Assembly (NCBI GenBank): GCA_963836235.1
Contig: CAWIIP010000002.1
Location: forward strand, 896,001 to 960,000
Direction of reading: 5' to 3'
DNA from: an uncultured Pseudomonadota bacterium
GTDB lineage: Bacteria; Oederibacteriota; Muellerivitia; Muellerivitales; Muellerivitaceae
Length of the DNA: 64,000 nt
Part shown: piece after piece, positions 48,461-60,368 of the stretch
Position numbering within the stretch: the stretch's first letter is position 1
Layout: the number at the start of each line of letters is the position of its first letter
The notes under the pieces: generated by a model
The model's database searches: none
Seen by the model: the letters and a program-made list of their open reading frames with translations, nothing else
Told to the model about the DNA's origin: nothing
Made by a program: the position numbers and the translations under genes

Positions 48461-51400
48461 TCAGTGAATGACCACAACCTTGCCCGTTTTCCGAAGAGAC
48501 TGGGGCCCGTTGCCGGCTTGGATGACGTAAATATACAAGCCGCTGGCCACCGAGTTATCCGATTGGTTCTCAAGATTCCAGATGATCTTGTTCAAACCGC
48601 TTTGACCTAAGATATCGGCTTGATAAACCAGCTCACCCGTGACGGTGAACAATTCCAATTGAACTTGTGAAGCTGAAGGTAAAGTAACCTCAAAATCAAT
48701 GGGAGTTCCATTCTTTGAGATGTTTGGAACAGCTTTGGCAAATGAAGCGCTCGATTGACATGCTGGAGTCGAGGTTGAACCTGCACTCAATCCGCTTCCT
48801 TCCTGTACCGCGGCCGCTACCAGCCGGGGTGTCGGGCTGGATGTTGGCGTACGAGTTGGCGTAGAGGTCCTAGTATTGGTGGGCGTTTTCGTGTCCGTAG
48901 CGGTGTGGGTGTTGGTAGGTGTCTTCGTCGCCGTCTTAGTATCGGTCGGCGTAGGAGTATTCGTCGGCGTACGAGTGGGCGTAGAGGTCCTAGTATTGGT
49001 CGGTGTCTTCGTGTCCGTGGCGGTATGGGTACTGGTAGGTGACTTCGTCGCCGTCTTAGTATCGGTCGGCGTAGGAGTATTCGTCGGCGTACGAGTGGGC
49101 GTAAAGGTACTAGTATTGGTCGGCGTATGGGTAGGCCTATGAGTATGGGTGCTGGTTGGCGTAATAGTAGCCGTCTCGGTAGCGGTGCTACTGGCCGTCC
49201 GGGTCGTGGTAAGCGTCGGCGTGGAGGTTGCGGTAGCCGTAGCCGAGTTTGTGGGTGTATTGGTCGCCGTATTGATAGCCGTGCTGGTGGCGCTATTCGT
49301 GACCGTGAAAGTTGGCGTCACGGTGGGCGAATTGGTGGCCGAAGAAGTAGGCGTAAGGGTTGCCGTTTTCGTCGCCGTGAAGGTAATGGTTGGCGTCGGG
49401 GTCAAGGTCGGCGAACCGATCGCGGAGCCGCCGGATGTGCAAGGGGCGAATTGATCCACTTGGTTCGCTCCCTGTTCCGCCACATAGAGGGTTCCGTTGT
49501 TGGTAGCCAAACCTTCCGGATTCATGAAGCCGCTTCCAGCGCCGGAGGTCACCCCTTCCAGGGTTCCCTGTTCGTTGTAGACCGCGACCAAGCTGACGCC
49601 ATCGGACACGTAAACCAAGCCCGTCACGTTATCCACCGTGATAAAGCCTGGGCCCTGGAGGCCTGAGGAAGTGGTGTTCCATTGGCTCAGAAGATTTCCC
49701 TGGTAATCAAACACGGAGACCGTTTCGGCGTCGTAATCCGTCACGTAAACGTTGCCGTTGCCATCCACCGACACGCCCGTGGGAGCTTGGAAGGCCGTGG
49801 GTGTCCCCGCGATTCCAGTGCTGCCCCATTGGTTCAAATAACCGTTGGTTGGGTTGAAAGACTCTATCCGGCCGTTGCCGAAGTCCGCCACATAGAACGT
49901 GGTTCCGGCGTTGTTTGCCCCGATACCCCAAGGTTCGTTGAACTGTCCGTTTCCGAAACCCGTGCCGCCAAATTGCGCGACTGGTGTGCCGTAAAGGGTG
50001 AACTCGTCGATTTGGTTGTCATAGAAGTCCACGACGAAGATGTCGTTCCCGGCGATGGCCAGGCCGTTGGGTTCGCCAAAGGCATAGCTGCCGGTCCCGC
50101 TCCAGGGCGTCAAAGCCGCCCCGGTGGCCGAGTAAACATCGATCTGGTTGTTGGTGTTGTCGGCAATATAGACATTACCGCTGGCGTCCAAAGCCAAGCC
50201 ATAGGGGCTTCCAGCCGCCAAGGTCTGGTTCTGGCCGCAAGCCAATGGGGCGTTGTTAGGCGTGGCGGTAGGCGTGGGGATGCTCGAGCAAGGAGCAATC
50301 AACCGGATATTATCCAGGTAAAAGTTCCCTTTCCCATTGGTGGAATTATTGTTGTAGATGAACCTGATTCCAGTCGTGGAACTTCCCACACCCGTTATAA
50401 GGAATGTCACGCTCTGCTGTCCTGCGACAATACCCACCGTATTTGAAATAGTCGAATAATTTTGGTCCACTATTTCCAGTTGGGAATAGGTCGACCCAGC
50501 CACCAAACTCGGATCCACATAGAGATCCATAACCAACTGGCCCACATTTGTCCAATTCGTGATCGGAATCCCGGACAGGATCATCGCCTGGTCGTTCCAA
50601 CCCGCGGCGGTGTTGATGTTTACATCCAGGGAAGTCAATCCTTGGGTCACGTGCGATTTGGACAGGCTGAAGGTCGCGTTCGATCCGCTCCAAGTCCCAC
50701 CCTGGGTCAAGCTCTCGCAACCGTTGAGCAGCTCGGGGCATGTCGCCACGAACACGGGGATGTTGATAGTCACGTCATTCATCCAAATAGTAACCGGCGC
50801 GGTGGCGTTCAGCACCTGTATACCCAATTGTTCAACATCGGACGGGGTCCCCGGGCTCATGGTGAAGCTGACTTGAGTCCAAGAAGAGGACAAACTGTTC
50901 TGGTAAGATCCGCCGTCCCATGAGTAACCCGACCCGCTTTGGTCGAATACCTGGAGGTTTCCTGAACCCGAGGCCTTGTACCAGAAGCTAATGGTACTTC
51001 CGGCGGGGATGGATACGGCCGATGGGAATTGCAAGCCGATGTCCTCACCGCCAGCACCCACCACGGGAAGAATCACTTCCAATGATCCCGTTCCACCAGT
51101 CAAAGGATAGGGATTGGCCGGGTCCACCTGAACAATCGCCCCGGCAGGTCCATTAAACGCTGTCCAACCCTGGGTACAGCCACCGAAGGTATAAGTGGGT
51201 TGTAAGGAAGCCACGCAAGCCGTCGGTGTGGCCGTAGGCGGCATGGTCGGCGAGCCGATCGGCGAGCCCCCGGAGGTGCAAGGCGCGAATTGATCCACTT
51301 GATTCGCTCCCTGTTCCCCCACGTACCAGGTTCCGTTGTTGGCAGCCAAACCTTCCGGATCCTGGAAGCCGCTTCCGGCGCCGGAGGTTACCCCTTCAAA

Positions 51401-54400
51401 TGTTCCCTGCGTGTTATAGACCGCGACCAGGCTGTTGCCATCGGACACGTAAACCAGGCCCGTGGTGTTATCCACCGCGATGAAGCCGGGTCCTTGAAGG
51501 ACTCCTTGGGCGCTCCATTGCCGAAGGAGATTACCCTGATAGTCAAACACCGACACGGTTTGGGCGTCGTAATCCGTCACGTAAACATTGCCGCTGGCGT
51601 CCACCGCGATACCCGTGGGCGCTTGGAAGGGAGTGGTTCCCGTAATTCCACTGGCTCCCCATTGGCTTAAATAGGTACCCGCGGGGCTGAAAGCCTCCAC
51701 CCGGCCGTTGCCGAAGTCCGCCACATAAACCGTGGTTCCGGCGCTGTTGGCCCCGATTCCCCAAGGTTCGCTGAATTGTCCGTTACCGCTGCCCTGGGTT
51801 CCCCATTGGGCGACGGGCGTACCGTTGAGGGTAAACTCGTCGATCTCGTCGTCATAATAATCCACCACGAAAAGGTTGTTCACGGCGACGGCTAGGCCGT
51901 TGGGTTGCCCAAAGGAATAGCTGCCGTTCCCGTACCATTGGCCCATGGAAGCTCCCGTGGCCGAGTAAATATCGATCTGGTTGTTCGTGTTGTCGGCGAT
52001 ATAGACATTGCCGCTGGCGTCTAAGGCCAAGCCATAGGGGCTTCCCGCCGCCAAAGTTTGGGTCTGGTTGCAGGCCAAGGGCGCGAAGGTAGGTGTAATA
52101 GTGGCCGTCGGCAAGATGGGGTTGGAGATGAGCCAGCCCTGCACATCGGCAGTGATCGTGCTCCAGCCATTGCCTGAACCGCCCGTGCCAATTTGGAACC
52201 CGATCTGAACCACTTGGGTCGGGTCAAAACCGCCTGACAAAGTACTGGGGACTGTCATCGTGAAGGTGACGCATCCCGAATCATTCCCCGTGGCCGATCC
52301 AAAGTAGGTGCCGGTTTGCTGATAAACACCGGCGTAGCCTTGAGCTGAACCGTCTTGTAAATAGATCTGGCCGTAATACTGGGGAGCGTTGGAATCGAAC
52401 CCGTTGCTGATATCGGCGACCATCGTGATCACCTTGCCCGCGAAGTTCGTGGGAACGCCGAAACCTTTTTCCACGTTGTAAGTTTGGTTGATCCCGGTGA
52501 AGGGAGGCTGTATTTCCAAGGCGCCGGTGGAGCCGCCATAGCAACTATCGGCGGGCGCGGGATTAAAGGCGACCGACCCGCTGATGATTCCTCCCGAATA
52601 TTGGTTGACGCTCCAGCTGCTGACATCCGCGGTGGAATTAAAGGTATAAGAGGAAAGTGGAACCGGGGTGCCGGTGGGGGTGGGGGTGTTTAAAACTTTC
52701 GGCGTGGCGTTGGAGAAAAGCCAGCCCTGAACATCGGCCGTGATCGTGCTCCAACCTGTGCCACCACCGCCCGTGCCGATTTGGAACCCGATCTGAACCA
52801 CTTGGGTCGGGTCAAAGGAACCGCTGATGCCGCTGGGGACCGTAAATGTGAAGGTGACGCATCCCGAATTGTTCCCGGAGGCGGACCCAAAGCTGGGTTG
52901 GGTGGAATAGGCGCCTGCGTAACCCTGGGCGGCACCGTCCTGTACGTAGATTTGGCCCCAATACTGGGCCGCGTTGGAGTTAAAGTTGTTGCTGATGTCG
53001 GCGATCATCGTGATGGACTTGCCCGCGAAATTCGTGGGACCCGCCAAACCCTTTTCCACATTGTAATTTTGGTTGGCCCCGGTGAAGGGAGGCATCACTT
53101 CCAATGCTCCGGTAGAACCGCCGTAACAACTGTCGGTTGGCGAAGCGTTATAGGCGACCGACCCGCTGATGAGCCCTCCCGAATATTGGTTGATGCTCCA
53201 ACTGCTGGCATCCGCGCTGGAATTGAAGGTATATCCGCCGTTCAGAGACAGGCGGGTGCTGGTGGGCGTGGGTGTGGAGGTGGGGCCCCCGCTGTTTTCG
53301 GTCAGGCACATCTGGCCGACCCAGAAGGTCATCGGTGAGGAATTGGCCGCGTCGGTCTGGAACTTGATGCCGTTGCAATTCGCCAAAGCCTGTGCCTCGG
53401 TGGGAATGGCATCAGGAGATCCCGTGGGCCAACTGCTGTACTGCCGGACAAAAGAAGAGTAAGGAATCGTCACCAATTGCCATGTGTTAGGCGTCGACAC
53501 TTGGATGGCGTAACTATAATCGGCGTAATCCCCGGTGGTAGCGTTGTCAATGATGGGATTGGCGAATTCAACTAAAACCGTGGTTTGGACGCTTGCCATA
53601 AAATAGAACTGAAGGTTGTTCAAGCCGCTGAAGTTCTGGACGCTGCCGAAAGTGGCCTCTTCCCCAAAGCCGCCCGACGAAGGGTTCGTTCCCGACAATT
53701 GCAAAGCGTAGGCGGGTCCATTCGCGACCGGGCTCACCACTCCCGTTGAAGCGGTGTTTGCGCCGCCGCCATAGTTGTAAGAATAGAAGGACGTTCCTAA
53801 ACTATCCGTCACAACTCCGTTCCCGAAATTAGAGGAATACACGCAGGAACCCGCCGGAATCGGTGTGGGAGTGATGAAGACGGTAGGCGTAAAGGTGGGC
53901 ACGGAGCCAGGGATAAGCCAATTCTTGACTGCGACTCCCCAAGCCGACGGGGCGAAATTCCAATTGGCCAAAAGGTCCGGCGGCGTATCGGTGTTCATGG
54001 ACCAAGCGGTGGCTCCTACCACACCCGTGGTGGTGACGGCCCAGCCCGAGGGACCGATCATGTTGTTGTCAAAGGTGCCGTTGTCGCTGTCGTTGCTGGC
54101 ATCTGGACCCATTTCACCAATGAAAACAGGAACGGTGGTAAGGACCGAAGACGGAACGCTGGCGTTCCAGCTGGAGGCTGCGATGCCGTCGTTGCTGCCG
54201 TAAAGATGCGCTGAATAAACCACGCCGTTGCCGGGGTTGGCCACGGGATAGTTCACGACGCCAGTCAAGTCCGAGCACCAGGCCAAGCCGCCCATCAAGC
54301 AAACATTGTTTGCGCCCGTTCCACGGACCGCGTTTAAGAGGGCCTGCATGCCTGGTGTCGTAAAGGAACCATTATTCGAGCCGCCATTGAACCAAGTATT

Positions 54401-56233
54401 CCAAGCATTGGTGTCATCCGTGCCGCTGGGGCTGGTGCTGTAAGGCTCGTTGTAAAGGTCGAAGAGAACTGCCGGATTGTTGGCGTAGGTGGAAGCCAAT
54501 GAGCTCCAGAAGGTGATGGCGTTGGCGTCCGCCATGAACTGTTGCTTGGTGTTGAGGTCGTTACCCCATCCGGTTCCGCAAGGCGCGGTGGCGGTCGAGG
54601 AAGTCCCGGACCAATGCAGGTCCAGGATCACGTAGACCCCGTGGTTGAAGGCGTAATCAACGATTTGATGGACCTTGCTCTGGTAAGCCGCGGAACCCGC
54701 GCCCGAACAGCCGAACCATTCATCCTGGTTCAGGGGGAAGCGCATGATAGTGGCGCCCCAGGCCGTGACCGCTTCCTGCTCGGTTTTCAAGATCGAGCCG
54801 CCAATCCCGCTCGGCGGGCCCTCGCCGATGTAAGCCGAACCGTCATACCATTCTAAGCTGTCGATGTCGACGCCCTTTAGGACGGCGGGAGAGCCGTTCG
54901 CCAAAAGGGAATTTCCGGAGACCGAAAGGGATGGCGGACCGCTGGTGGGAGTGCGCGTAATGGTGGGCGTGATGGTCGCCGACTGCCTTTTTGATAAATA
55001 GGCGGATTGGTAAACCCAACCCTGCACATCAACCGTGACCGTATTCCACGCCGTTCCGGAACCGCCCGTGCCGATTTGGAATCCGATTTGAACCACTTGG
55101 GTCGGGTCAAAGGATCCGCTCAAAGAACTCGGAACCGTAAAGGTAAAAGTGACGCATCCGGAATCATTGCCCGACGCGGAGCCAAAGCTGGTACCCGTAT
55201 TTTGATATACCGAAGCGTAACCTTGGGCAGGTCCATTTTGTAAATAAATCTGACCATAATATTGGCCCGCGTTCGAGTTGAATCCGTTGCTGATATCAGC
55301 CACCATCGTGATGGCCATACCGCTAAAGTTGGTCGCCCCAGCCAAGGCATATTCGACATTATAAATTTGGTTGGCGGCCGTAAAGGGAGGTTGGATTTCC
55401 AGGGCTCCGGCAGAGCCGCTGTAACAGCTATCGGCGGGAGAAGAATTAAAACCGACCGATCCGGTGATGAGTCCACCCGAATATTGGTTAATGCTCCATC
55501 CGCTGATATCCGCGCTCGAATTGAAGGTATAACCGGTGGAACCGGGTGAAAGTGGACCAATAGTCGCTGTCGGGGTAACGGTAGGAGTGGGCGTCAAGGT
55601 AGGCGTCGGTGTGTTGGTCGGATAGACCCAGCCTTGAACATCCACCGTGATGGTATTCCACGCCGTACCGCCGCTGCCGGTGCCGATTTGGAATCCTATT
55701 TGAACCACTTGGGTCGGGTCGAAGGATCCACTCAAAGAACTTGGGACCGTAAAGGTAAAAGTAACGCAGCCGGAATCATTTCCCGTGGCGCTCCCGAAGC
55801 TGGTTCCGGTGGACTGATAGACCGAAGCGTAACCTTGAGCGCTCCCATCCTGCAAATATATCTGGCCGTAATACTGGCCCGCGTTCGTGGCAAATCCGTT
55901 GCTAATATCAGCCACCATCGTGATTGACTCGCCCGCAAAATTAGTGGGACTCGCCAACCCATAATCCACGTTATAAATTTGGTTGGCCGCGGTAAAGGGC
56001 GGCTGCACCTCCAAGGCACCCGTGGAACCGCCAAAACAACCATCGGCGGGGGCGGGATTATAGGTTACCGATCCGGTAATCAAGCCACCCGAATAGATGT
56101 TAATCCCCCAATTACTGATATCCGCGCTTGAATTAAAAGTATAGCCGGAAAGACTTTGCGCCCATGTCCATCCCGGGCCTAATGCGATTAGGAGAAAGAG
56201 TAAGCTAGAATATTTTTTGAGATAAGAAGTCAT
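48461..56233 (-). CDS. Giant secreted multidomain GH5 protein (four repeated CBM-like domains, GH5, further CBM-like domains, two NHL propellers, Thr/Pro stalk, T9SS-type/FlgD Ig C-terminus)
   Basis: LDLHW, FDLYNEP, IGEMG; NHL repeats P.GIAVD..GNVYV.D; ASGLYIY C-terminus; start ATG 56233. Confidence 0.88.
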   Translation of the reverse strand: MTSYLKKYSSLLFLLIALGPGWTWAQSLSGYTFNSSADISNWGINIYSGGLITGSVTYNPAPADGCFGGSTGALEVQPPFTAANQIYNVDYGLASPTNFAGESITMVADISNGFATNAGQYYGQIYLQDGSAQGYASVYQSTGTSFGSATGNDSGCVTFTFTVPSSLSGSFDPTQVVQIGFQIGTGSGGTAWNTITVDVQGWVYPTNTPTPTLTPTPTVTPTATIGPLSPGSTGYTFNSSADISGWSINQYSGGLITGSVGFNSSPADSCYSGSAGALEIQPPFTAANQIYNVEYALAGATNFSGMAITMVADISNGFNSNAGQYYGQIYLQNGPAQGYASVYQNTGTSFGSASGNDSGCVTFTFTVPSSLSGSFDPTQVVQIGFQIGTGGSGTAWNTVTVDVQGWVYQSAYLSKRQSATITPTITRTPTSGPPSLSVSGNSLLANGSPAVLKGVDIDSLEWYDGSAYIGEGPPSGIGGSILKTEQEAVTAWGATIMRFPLNQDEWFGCSGAGSAAYQSKVHQIVDYAFNHGVYVILDLHWSGTSSTATAPCGTGWGNDLNTKQQFMADANAITFWSSLASTYANNPAVLFDLYNEPYSTSPSGTDDTNAWNTWFNGGSNNGSFTTPGMQALLNAVRGTGANNVCLMGGLAWCSDLTGVVNYPVANPGNGVVYSAHLYGSNDGIAASSWNASVPSSVLTTVPVFIGEMGPDASNDSDNGTFDNNMIGPSGWAVTTTGVVGATAWSMNTDTPPDLLANWNFAPSAWGVAVKNWLIPGSVPTFTPTVFITPTPIPAGSCVYSSNFGNGVVTDSLGTSFYSYNYGGGANTASTGVVSPVANGPAYALQLSGTNPSSGGFGEEATFGSVQNFSGLNNLQFYFMASVQTTVLVEFANPIIDNATTGDYADYSYAIQVSTPNTWQLVTIPYSSFVRQYSSWPTGSPDAIPTEAQALANCNGIKFQTDAANSSPMTFWVGQMCLTENSGGPTSTPTPTSTRLSLNGGYTFNSSADASSWSINQYSGGLISGSVAYNASPTDSCYGGSTGALEVMPPFTGANQNYNVEKGLAGPTNFAGKSITMIADISNNFNSNAAQYWGQIYVQDGAAQGYAGAYSTQPSFGSASGNNSGCVTFTFTVPSGISGSFDPTQVVQIGFQIGTGGGGTGWSTITADVQGWLFSNATPKVLNTPTPTGTPVPLSSYTFNSTADVSSWSVNQYSGGIISGSVAFNPAPADSCYGGSTGALEIQPPFTGINQTYNVEKGFGVPTNFAGKVITMVADISNGFDSNAPQYYGQIYLQDGSAQGYAGVYQQTGTYFGSATGNDSGCVTFTMTVPSTLSGGFDPTQVVQIGFQIGTGGSGNGWSTITADVQGWLISNPILPTATITPTFAPLACNQTQTLAAGSPYGLALDASGNVYIADNTNNQIDIYSATGASMGQWYGNGSYSFGQPNGLAVAVNNLFVVDYYDDEIDEFTLNGTPVAQWGTQGSGNGQFSEPWGIGANSAGTTVYVADFGNGRVEAFSPAGTYLSQWGASGITGTTPFQAPTGIAVDASGNVYVTDYDAQTVSVFDYQGNLLRQWSAQGVLQGPGFIAVDNTTGLVYVSDGNSLVAVYNTQGTFEGVTSGAGSGFQDPEGLAANNGTWYVGEQGANQVDQFAPCTSGGSPIGSPTMPPTATPTACVASLQPTYTFGGCTQGWTAFNGPAGAIVQVDPANPYPLTGGTGSLEVILPVVGAGGEDIGLQFPSAVSIPAGSTISFWYKASGSGNLQVFDQSGSGYSWDGGSYQNSLSSSWTQVSFTMSPGTPSDVEQLGIQVLNATAPVTIWMNDVTINIPVFVATCPELLNGCESLTQGGTWSGSNATFSLSKSHVTQGLTSLDVNINTAAGWNDQAMILSGIPITNWTNVGQLVMDLYVDPSLVAGSTYSQLEIVDQNYSTISNTVGIVAGQQSVTFLITGVGSSTTGIRFIYNNNSTNGKGNFYLDNIRLIAPCSSIPTPTATPNNAPLACGQNQTLAAGSPYGLALDASGNVYIADNTNNQIDVYSATGAALTPWSGTGSYAFGEPNGLAIAGNDIFVVDFYDNQIDEFTLYGTPVAQFGGTGFGNGQFNEPWGIGANNAGTTFYVADFGNGRIESFNPTNGYLNQWGSTGIAGTPTAFQAPTGVSVDGNGNVYVTDYDAETVSVFDYQGNLLSQWNTTSSGLQGPGFITVDNVTGLVYVSDGVSLVAVYNEQGTLEGVTSGAGSGFMNPEGLATNNGTLYVAEQGANQVDQFAPCTSGGSAIGSPTLTPTPTITFTATKTATLTPTSSATNSPTVTPTFTVTNSATSTAINTATNTPTNSATATATSTPTLTTTRTASSTATETATITPTSTHTHRPTHTPTNTSTFTPTRTPTNTPTPTDTKTATKSPTSTHTATDTKTPTNTRTSTPTRTPTNTPTPTDTKTATKTPTNTHTATDTKTPTNTRTSTPTRTPTSSPTPRLVAAAVQEGSGLSAGSTSTPACQSSASFAKAVPNISKNGTPIDFEVTLPSASQVQLELFTVTGELVYQADILGQSGLNKIIWNLENQSDNSVASGLYIYVIQAGNGPQSLRKTGKVVVIH
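48846..49125. repeat. 120-bp tandem repeat (about 2.3 copies) in the Thr/Pro stalk
   Basis: Lines 48901 and 49021 are nearly identical; 40-aa unit. Confidence 0.8.
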
Positions 56234-56850
56234 TAGTTTTCCTTTGGGCAAAAGGTTGCAAAAATAATTCTTGGCGACAATAAAAAAAAATAAAAAAATT
56301 GTCAAAGAGATTTTATTGAATTAATTTTGGCGGGTTTAGAATGGTACTTTTTTTGACAGAATAATCAATAAAACTTTTTGTAAATCTTTCACCCGTTTTA
56401 AAAAACGTTTTTTGGTTTTCCGTTAAAGATATTTGTAGTTTTTTTGTCATTAACAAAAAACATTTTAGGGCGATTCCTTATTTTTACGAAGAACCAACGC
56501 CTTTCTTCGTTAAATCGAAGAGTCTAAAATTTAGACTTGTAAAAACAAAAAATGAAACCGGTTCAAGCTTTATTTTTAAAAAAATGGATTAAAGCCCACT
56601 GAGTCGAGAAAGGATAAACACAGAACAACAAATAATAAAAAAATTATCAAAACAGAAAATAAATATTTCCAATTTCGGGCGAGAACTTTCGAGAGGAAAC
56701 CGACATTAATATTTATTCAAGAGGGGAAGTTAAAAGGAACGAATCAAAAAAGTCGTCTTATTTTCTTCCCAAGCACTGAAATAAAAAAACGCAATAAAAA
56801 TACCTTCGGGAGTATCTTGAAAAGGCAGAAGAAAGAAAAAATACTAAAAC

Positions 56851-57747
56851 TTAGGCCCGCCACAAAGAAGTCTTACGTATCGCTGACAAGTCTTTGTGGA
56901 TTTGTTTCACCAACTTGGCGGAAGAGGAGAATTTCTTCTCCGTCCTTAAGTACTTCAATAAGTACACCTTCATCCTTCGTCCGTAAAGTCTTCCGTAATA
57001 GTGAAGCAGATGCACTTCGGCCTGGCGGTGGTGGTCGTCTTCTTTGAACGTCGGGCGCTTGCCCAAGTTCATTCCCGCCCGGTAATATTTCGAGCCCAGC
57101 TTCACCGAGCAGGCGTAAACCCCGTCCTTGGGAAGAAACTCATCGATATGCGCCAAGTTGGCGGTGGGAAACCCGATCTGGTGCCCCACATGTTTCCCGT
57201 GAACCACTTCCCCCTCGATGAAATACGGCTTTCCCAATAGCTGGTTGGCCAACTGGGTTTGGCCCCGGGATAAAAGCTCCCGGATCCGGCTGGAGGACAC
57301 CACCCTCCCTTTCACCCGGATGGGTTCCACCGCCCGGACCTCGAAAGCCGATTCTTTTCCCAAACGCCTCAAGAGCGCCACGTCGCCCCTTGCGCCACGC
57401 CCGAACCGGAAGTTCGCTCCCACCACGACCCCTTTTAAGGTTCCCAATCCTTGCAGCCAATGGACAAACTGTTCCGGGGTCTTTTGGGAGAAGGCTCGGG
57501 TGAACCGGAGCACATGAACCCGACCGATACCTTCCGCCCTCAAAAGCCGGAAAGTTTCCTGCCGCGGCAAAAGGAAAGGGATACGCGGTCCGCCCTTTAA
57601 CACATGCATGGGATGATCCTGGAAAGTAACGGCGACGGGAAGGGCTCTTAAGCTTTTTGCCATTTGGACGGTTTGACGAACGAGGGCCTGATGGCCCAAA
57701 TGGACACCGTCAAAGACACCGATGGTAAGAACGATTGGCTTTTTCAA
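56851..57747 (-). CDS. ribF: Riboflavin kinase/FAD synthetase
   Basis: GVFDGVHLGH, VSSSRIR, GFPTAN. Confidence 0.96.
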   Translation of the reverse strand: MKKPIVLTIGVFDGVHLGHQALVRQTVQMAKSLRALPVAVTFQDHPMHVLKGGPRIPFLLPRQETFRLLRAEGIGRVHVLRFTRAFSQKTPEQFVHWLQGLGTLKGVVVGANFRFGRGARGDVALLRRLGKESAFEVRAVEPIRVKGRVVSSSRIRELLSRGQTQLANQLLGKPYFIEGEVVHGKHVGHQIGFPTANLAHIDEFLPKDGVYACSVKLGSKYYRAGMNLGKRPTFKEDDHHRQAEVHLLHYYGRLYGRRMKVYLLKYLRTEKKFSSSAKLVKQIHKDLSAIRKTSLWRA

Positions 57748-58640
57748 AGCAGTCCTTCTATTCCAAATACTTTTTCGGGCGCCACTTCCCCATCGGGTGA
57801 GACTCTGGCAATGGCGCTGACCCTTCCCTGGCTGTTCACGACGCGGTAAAGGCCGGGAGCAAAACCGGGGATTCCCAATTTCAGGCCCTGGCAGAAACGC
57901 TGGAGCAAATGATTCTCCAACTTTAACTCCGGCAGATGCTCCACCAGCCGGCTGGGCGCAATCAAGATACCCGAAAGATTCCCCTCCTCCATATTTTTTT
58001 TAACCTCTTCCAAGGTCAGAGCGTCTTTTAATAAAAACGGGCCAACTTGGGTCCGTTCCAGTTTCTCCATGCATCCGCCCGTCCCCAGGGATTCCCCGAG
58101 GGTCTGGCAAAGGGAACGCACGTAAGTGCCGGGTGAGCAGACAACCCGGAAGGACACCCGTGGAAGGTCCACTTGGAGGACTTCGACGCTTTGGATTCGG
58201 ATGGGACGGGCCTTGCGCTCCACCTCGATACCCCGGCGAGCCAACTCATAAAGCTTTTTTCCTCCCTTTTTGACTGCCGAAACCATCGGTGGCACCTGCT
58301 CGGTTAAAGTTTTAAGTTGAAGAACCGCCTCCTTCACCCTTTCCGGCGATATGTTTTCCACGGGTTTCTCATCCAATACTTTTCCGGAAATGTCATAACT
58401 ATCGGTGGAGGTCCCTAGAAGGCAGGTTGCCGCGTATTCTTTAGGATAGGAAGCGAACTCGATAAGCCGCGTGGCGGTTCCCACGGCTAAGGGCAAAACG
58501 CCGGTAGCCAGGGGATCCAAAGTGCCTAAATGGCCGATGCGCCTTTCTTTCAGGATTCCCCGCGTTTTAGCCGCCACATCGTGGGAGGTCCAGGTGGAAG
58601 GTTTGTTTAAATTAAGAACCCCATCCATAGGTGGTTTCAC
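57744..58640 (-). CDS. truB: tRNA pseudouridine(55) synthase
   Basis: GHLGTLDPLATG, PPMVSAVK, GTYVRSL. Confidence 0.97.
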   Translation of the reverse strand: MKPPMDGVLNLNKPSTWTSHDVAAKTRGILKERRIGHLGTLDPLATGVLPLAVGTATRLIEFASYPKEYAATCLLGTSTDSYDISGKVLDEKPVENISPERVKEAVLQLKTLTEQVPPMVSAVKKGGKKLYELARRGIEVERKARPIRIQSVEVLQVDLPRVSFRVVCSPGTYVRSLCQTLGESLGTGGCMEKLERTQVGPFLLKDALTLEEVKKNMEEGNLSGILIAPSRLVEHLPELKLENHLLQRFCQGLKLGIPGFAPGLYRVVNSQGRVSAIARVSPDGEVAPEKVFGIEGLL

Positions 58641-58669
58641 TTTAGGATTTTTTAAGAAAAATGACTGGA

Positions 58670-59674
58670 TTATTTAAGAACCGATTGGCAGGCGGTTAGA
58701 ACGGACTTTAAAGCCTTGTCTAATGGCCCGTCAAGGACGGCTCCGGAGGCATAGGAATGCCCGCCGCCGCCGAACTGCTTAGCCACATTGGCCACATTGA
58801 TCCCGTTTTTGGACCGGAGAGAAAGTTTAATCCGTCCATCGGGCCTTTCCTTGAGGAAGGCGGCGATTTGAACCGTATCCAGGTTGCGCACCAAGTTGAT
58901 GAGGTTTTCGGTGTCGTCGTCGGAAGCCTTGGATTTGAGAAAATCACCTTGGGTCAGCGTCATTGATCCGATGGCGCCGCTGTTGGTGGTATGGATGCTT
59001 GCCAGGGCCAGTCGGGTCAACTCGAGGGCTTCTTTGCTGATGTCCCCGAAAATGCTCTCACTGATCTGGGAGACATCCGCACCCGCTTCCTCCAAGTCGG
59101 CCGCCAGCCGAAAGATCCGGGGGGTGGTGCTGGGATAACGGAACCGGCCGGTATCGGTGACGATCGAGGTATAAATCCCCTCGGCGATATCCTTATCCAC
59201 TTTGACCTTGAGGGCTTTGATCAGCTCATAAACGACTTCACCGGTAGCCGCGGCCTCCGGAACCACCAGGTTGTAGTCGCCGTAGCGGTCATTGGAATAA
59301 TGGTGGTCGATATTAACCAGCGTGGCGAACTCCTCGCGCTGGACCCCTTCGCGGATGCGGGTGAAATCCCCCGCGTCGAGGACAAAGCAAACCTCATGGT
59401 CCGGGATATCGTCGCTGGTTTGGTAGAAGGGGGTAAAGGCCAGGAAGTCGAACTTGTAAGGAAGGGGGTCATGGTTCACCACTTGTACTTTTTTCCCCAA
59501 CTTACGCAGGGCCATGAAGAGAGCGGATTCGGCCCCTAAACCATCCCCGTCCGGGTTGACATGGGTGGTGATGAGGAAGGACTTGTGCGATTTGATGAGT
59601 TTGGCGACTTCGGCGTAGGAATCTTTTTTTCGTTGGGAGGATGTTTTGGTGGCTAACTTCGTTTTAAGCTTCAT
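58670..59674 (-). CDS. nrnA: DHH-family oligoribonuclease/PAP phosphatase (NrnA-like)
   Basis: HVNPDGD, IDHH, TDTG, GGGH. Confidence 0.88.
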   Translation of the reverse strand: MKLKTKLATKTSSQRKKDSYAEVAKLIKSHKSFLITTHVNPDGDGLGAESALFMALRKLGKKVQVVNHDPLPYKFDFLAFTPFYQTSDDIPDHEVCFVLDAGDFTRIREGVQREEFATLVNIDHHYSNDRYGDYNLVVPEAAATGEVVYELIKALKVKVDKDIAEGIYTSIVTDTGRFRYPSTTPRIFRLAADLEEAGADVSQISESIFGDISKEALELTRLALASIHTTNSGAIGSMTLTQGDFLKSKASDDDTENLINLVRNLDTVQIAAFLKERPDGRIKLSLRSKNGINVANVAKQFGGGGHSYASGAVLDGPLDKALKSVLTACQSVLK

Positions 59675-60032
59675 CGCTTGGTTTTTCCTCGGAGGATTTA
59701 ATCTGGTTCAAGATGCCTTTGATCTTCATCGCATGGTCCAGCGACTCGTCCAGCCGGAATTGGATTTCGGGGGTATATCGTAGCTGAAGACGGCGTCCTA
59801 ATTCACCTCTTAAAAAACCCTTGGCTCGCTCGAGACCTGCCATGGATTCTTGCCGGGTCTTTTTGTCTCCTAAAATCGATACGAATATCTTCACGTGGCG
59901 CAAATCATCGGCAGTTTCCACTCCCGTAACGGTCACAAAATGGATTCCGGGATCTTTAACTTCCTGAATCAGCATCGCGCCGATTTCCCGTTTAATCGCC
60001 GCCGAAACCTTATCAGCCCTTTTAAAACCCAT
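59664..60032 (-). CDS. rbfA: Ribosome-binding factor A
   Basis: KDP, DLRHVKIFVS, LRYTPEIQF.LD. Confidence 0.95.
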   Translation of the reverse strand: MGFKRADKVSAAIKREIGAMLIQEVKDPGIHFVTVTGVETADDLRHVKIFVSILGDKKTRQESMAGLERAKGFLRGELGRRLQLRYTPEIQFRLDESLDHAMKIKGILNQIKSSEEKPSDEA

Positions 60033-60048
60033 AAAGTATTCCCAACCT

Positions 60049-60329
60049 TTATAAAAACTCCGTTTGAACGCCGGTCACTTGTAAATCCGCCTCATCGTCC
60101 AAAAGTTCCAACACTTTGGACAATGTGGAATTGGCGTGAGAACGGTCAGTGTTAACCGTAGCCAGGGCCAAAACCGACCTTTGCCAGAGATTTTGGAATT
60201 CGACTTCGGCCACCGAGACGTTGAATTGCTTCGCAAACGGTCCGTAACGCTTTTCAAGCTGGAACGTTTCGTTTTGAGTGATCCGCTTTCGGGATAATGG
60301 ATTTCGACCCGCAAAAGACCTATCACCAT
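60049..60329 (-). pseudogene. DUF503 (YlxP) protein with 1-bp frameshift
   Basis: SLKTKRS in frame 1; FNVSVAEV..QNLWQRS..TEFL* in another frame; 281 bp, one short of 94 codons. Confidence 0.8.
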
Positions 60330-60368
60330 TTGATCTTGAAGTCCTCAGTCGAAAACCACGAACTGGAG

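Noticed and set aside
56240-56850. Riboswitch or ncRNA in the long AT-rich intergenic region
   Set aside because: No recognisable aptamer motif or stable structure by eye
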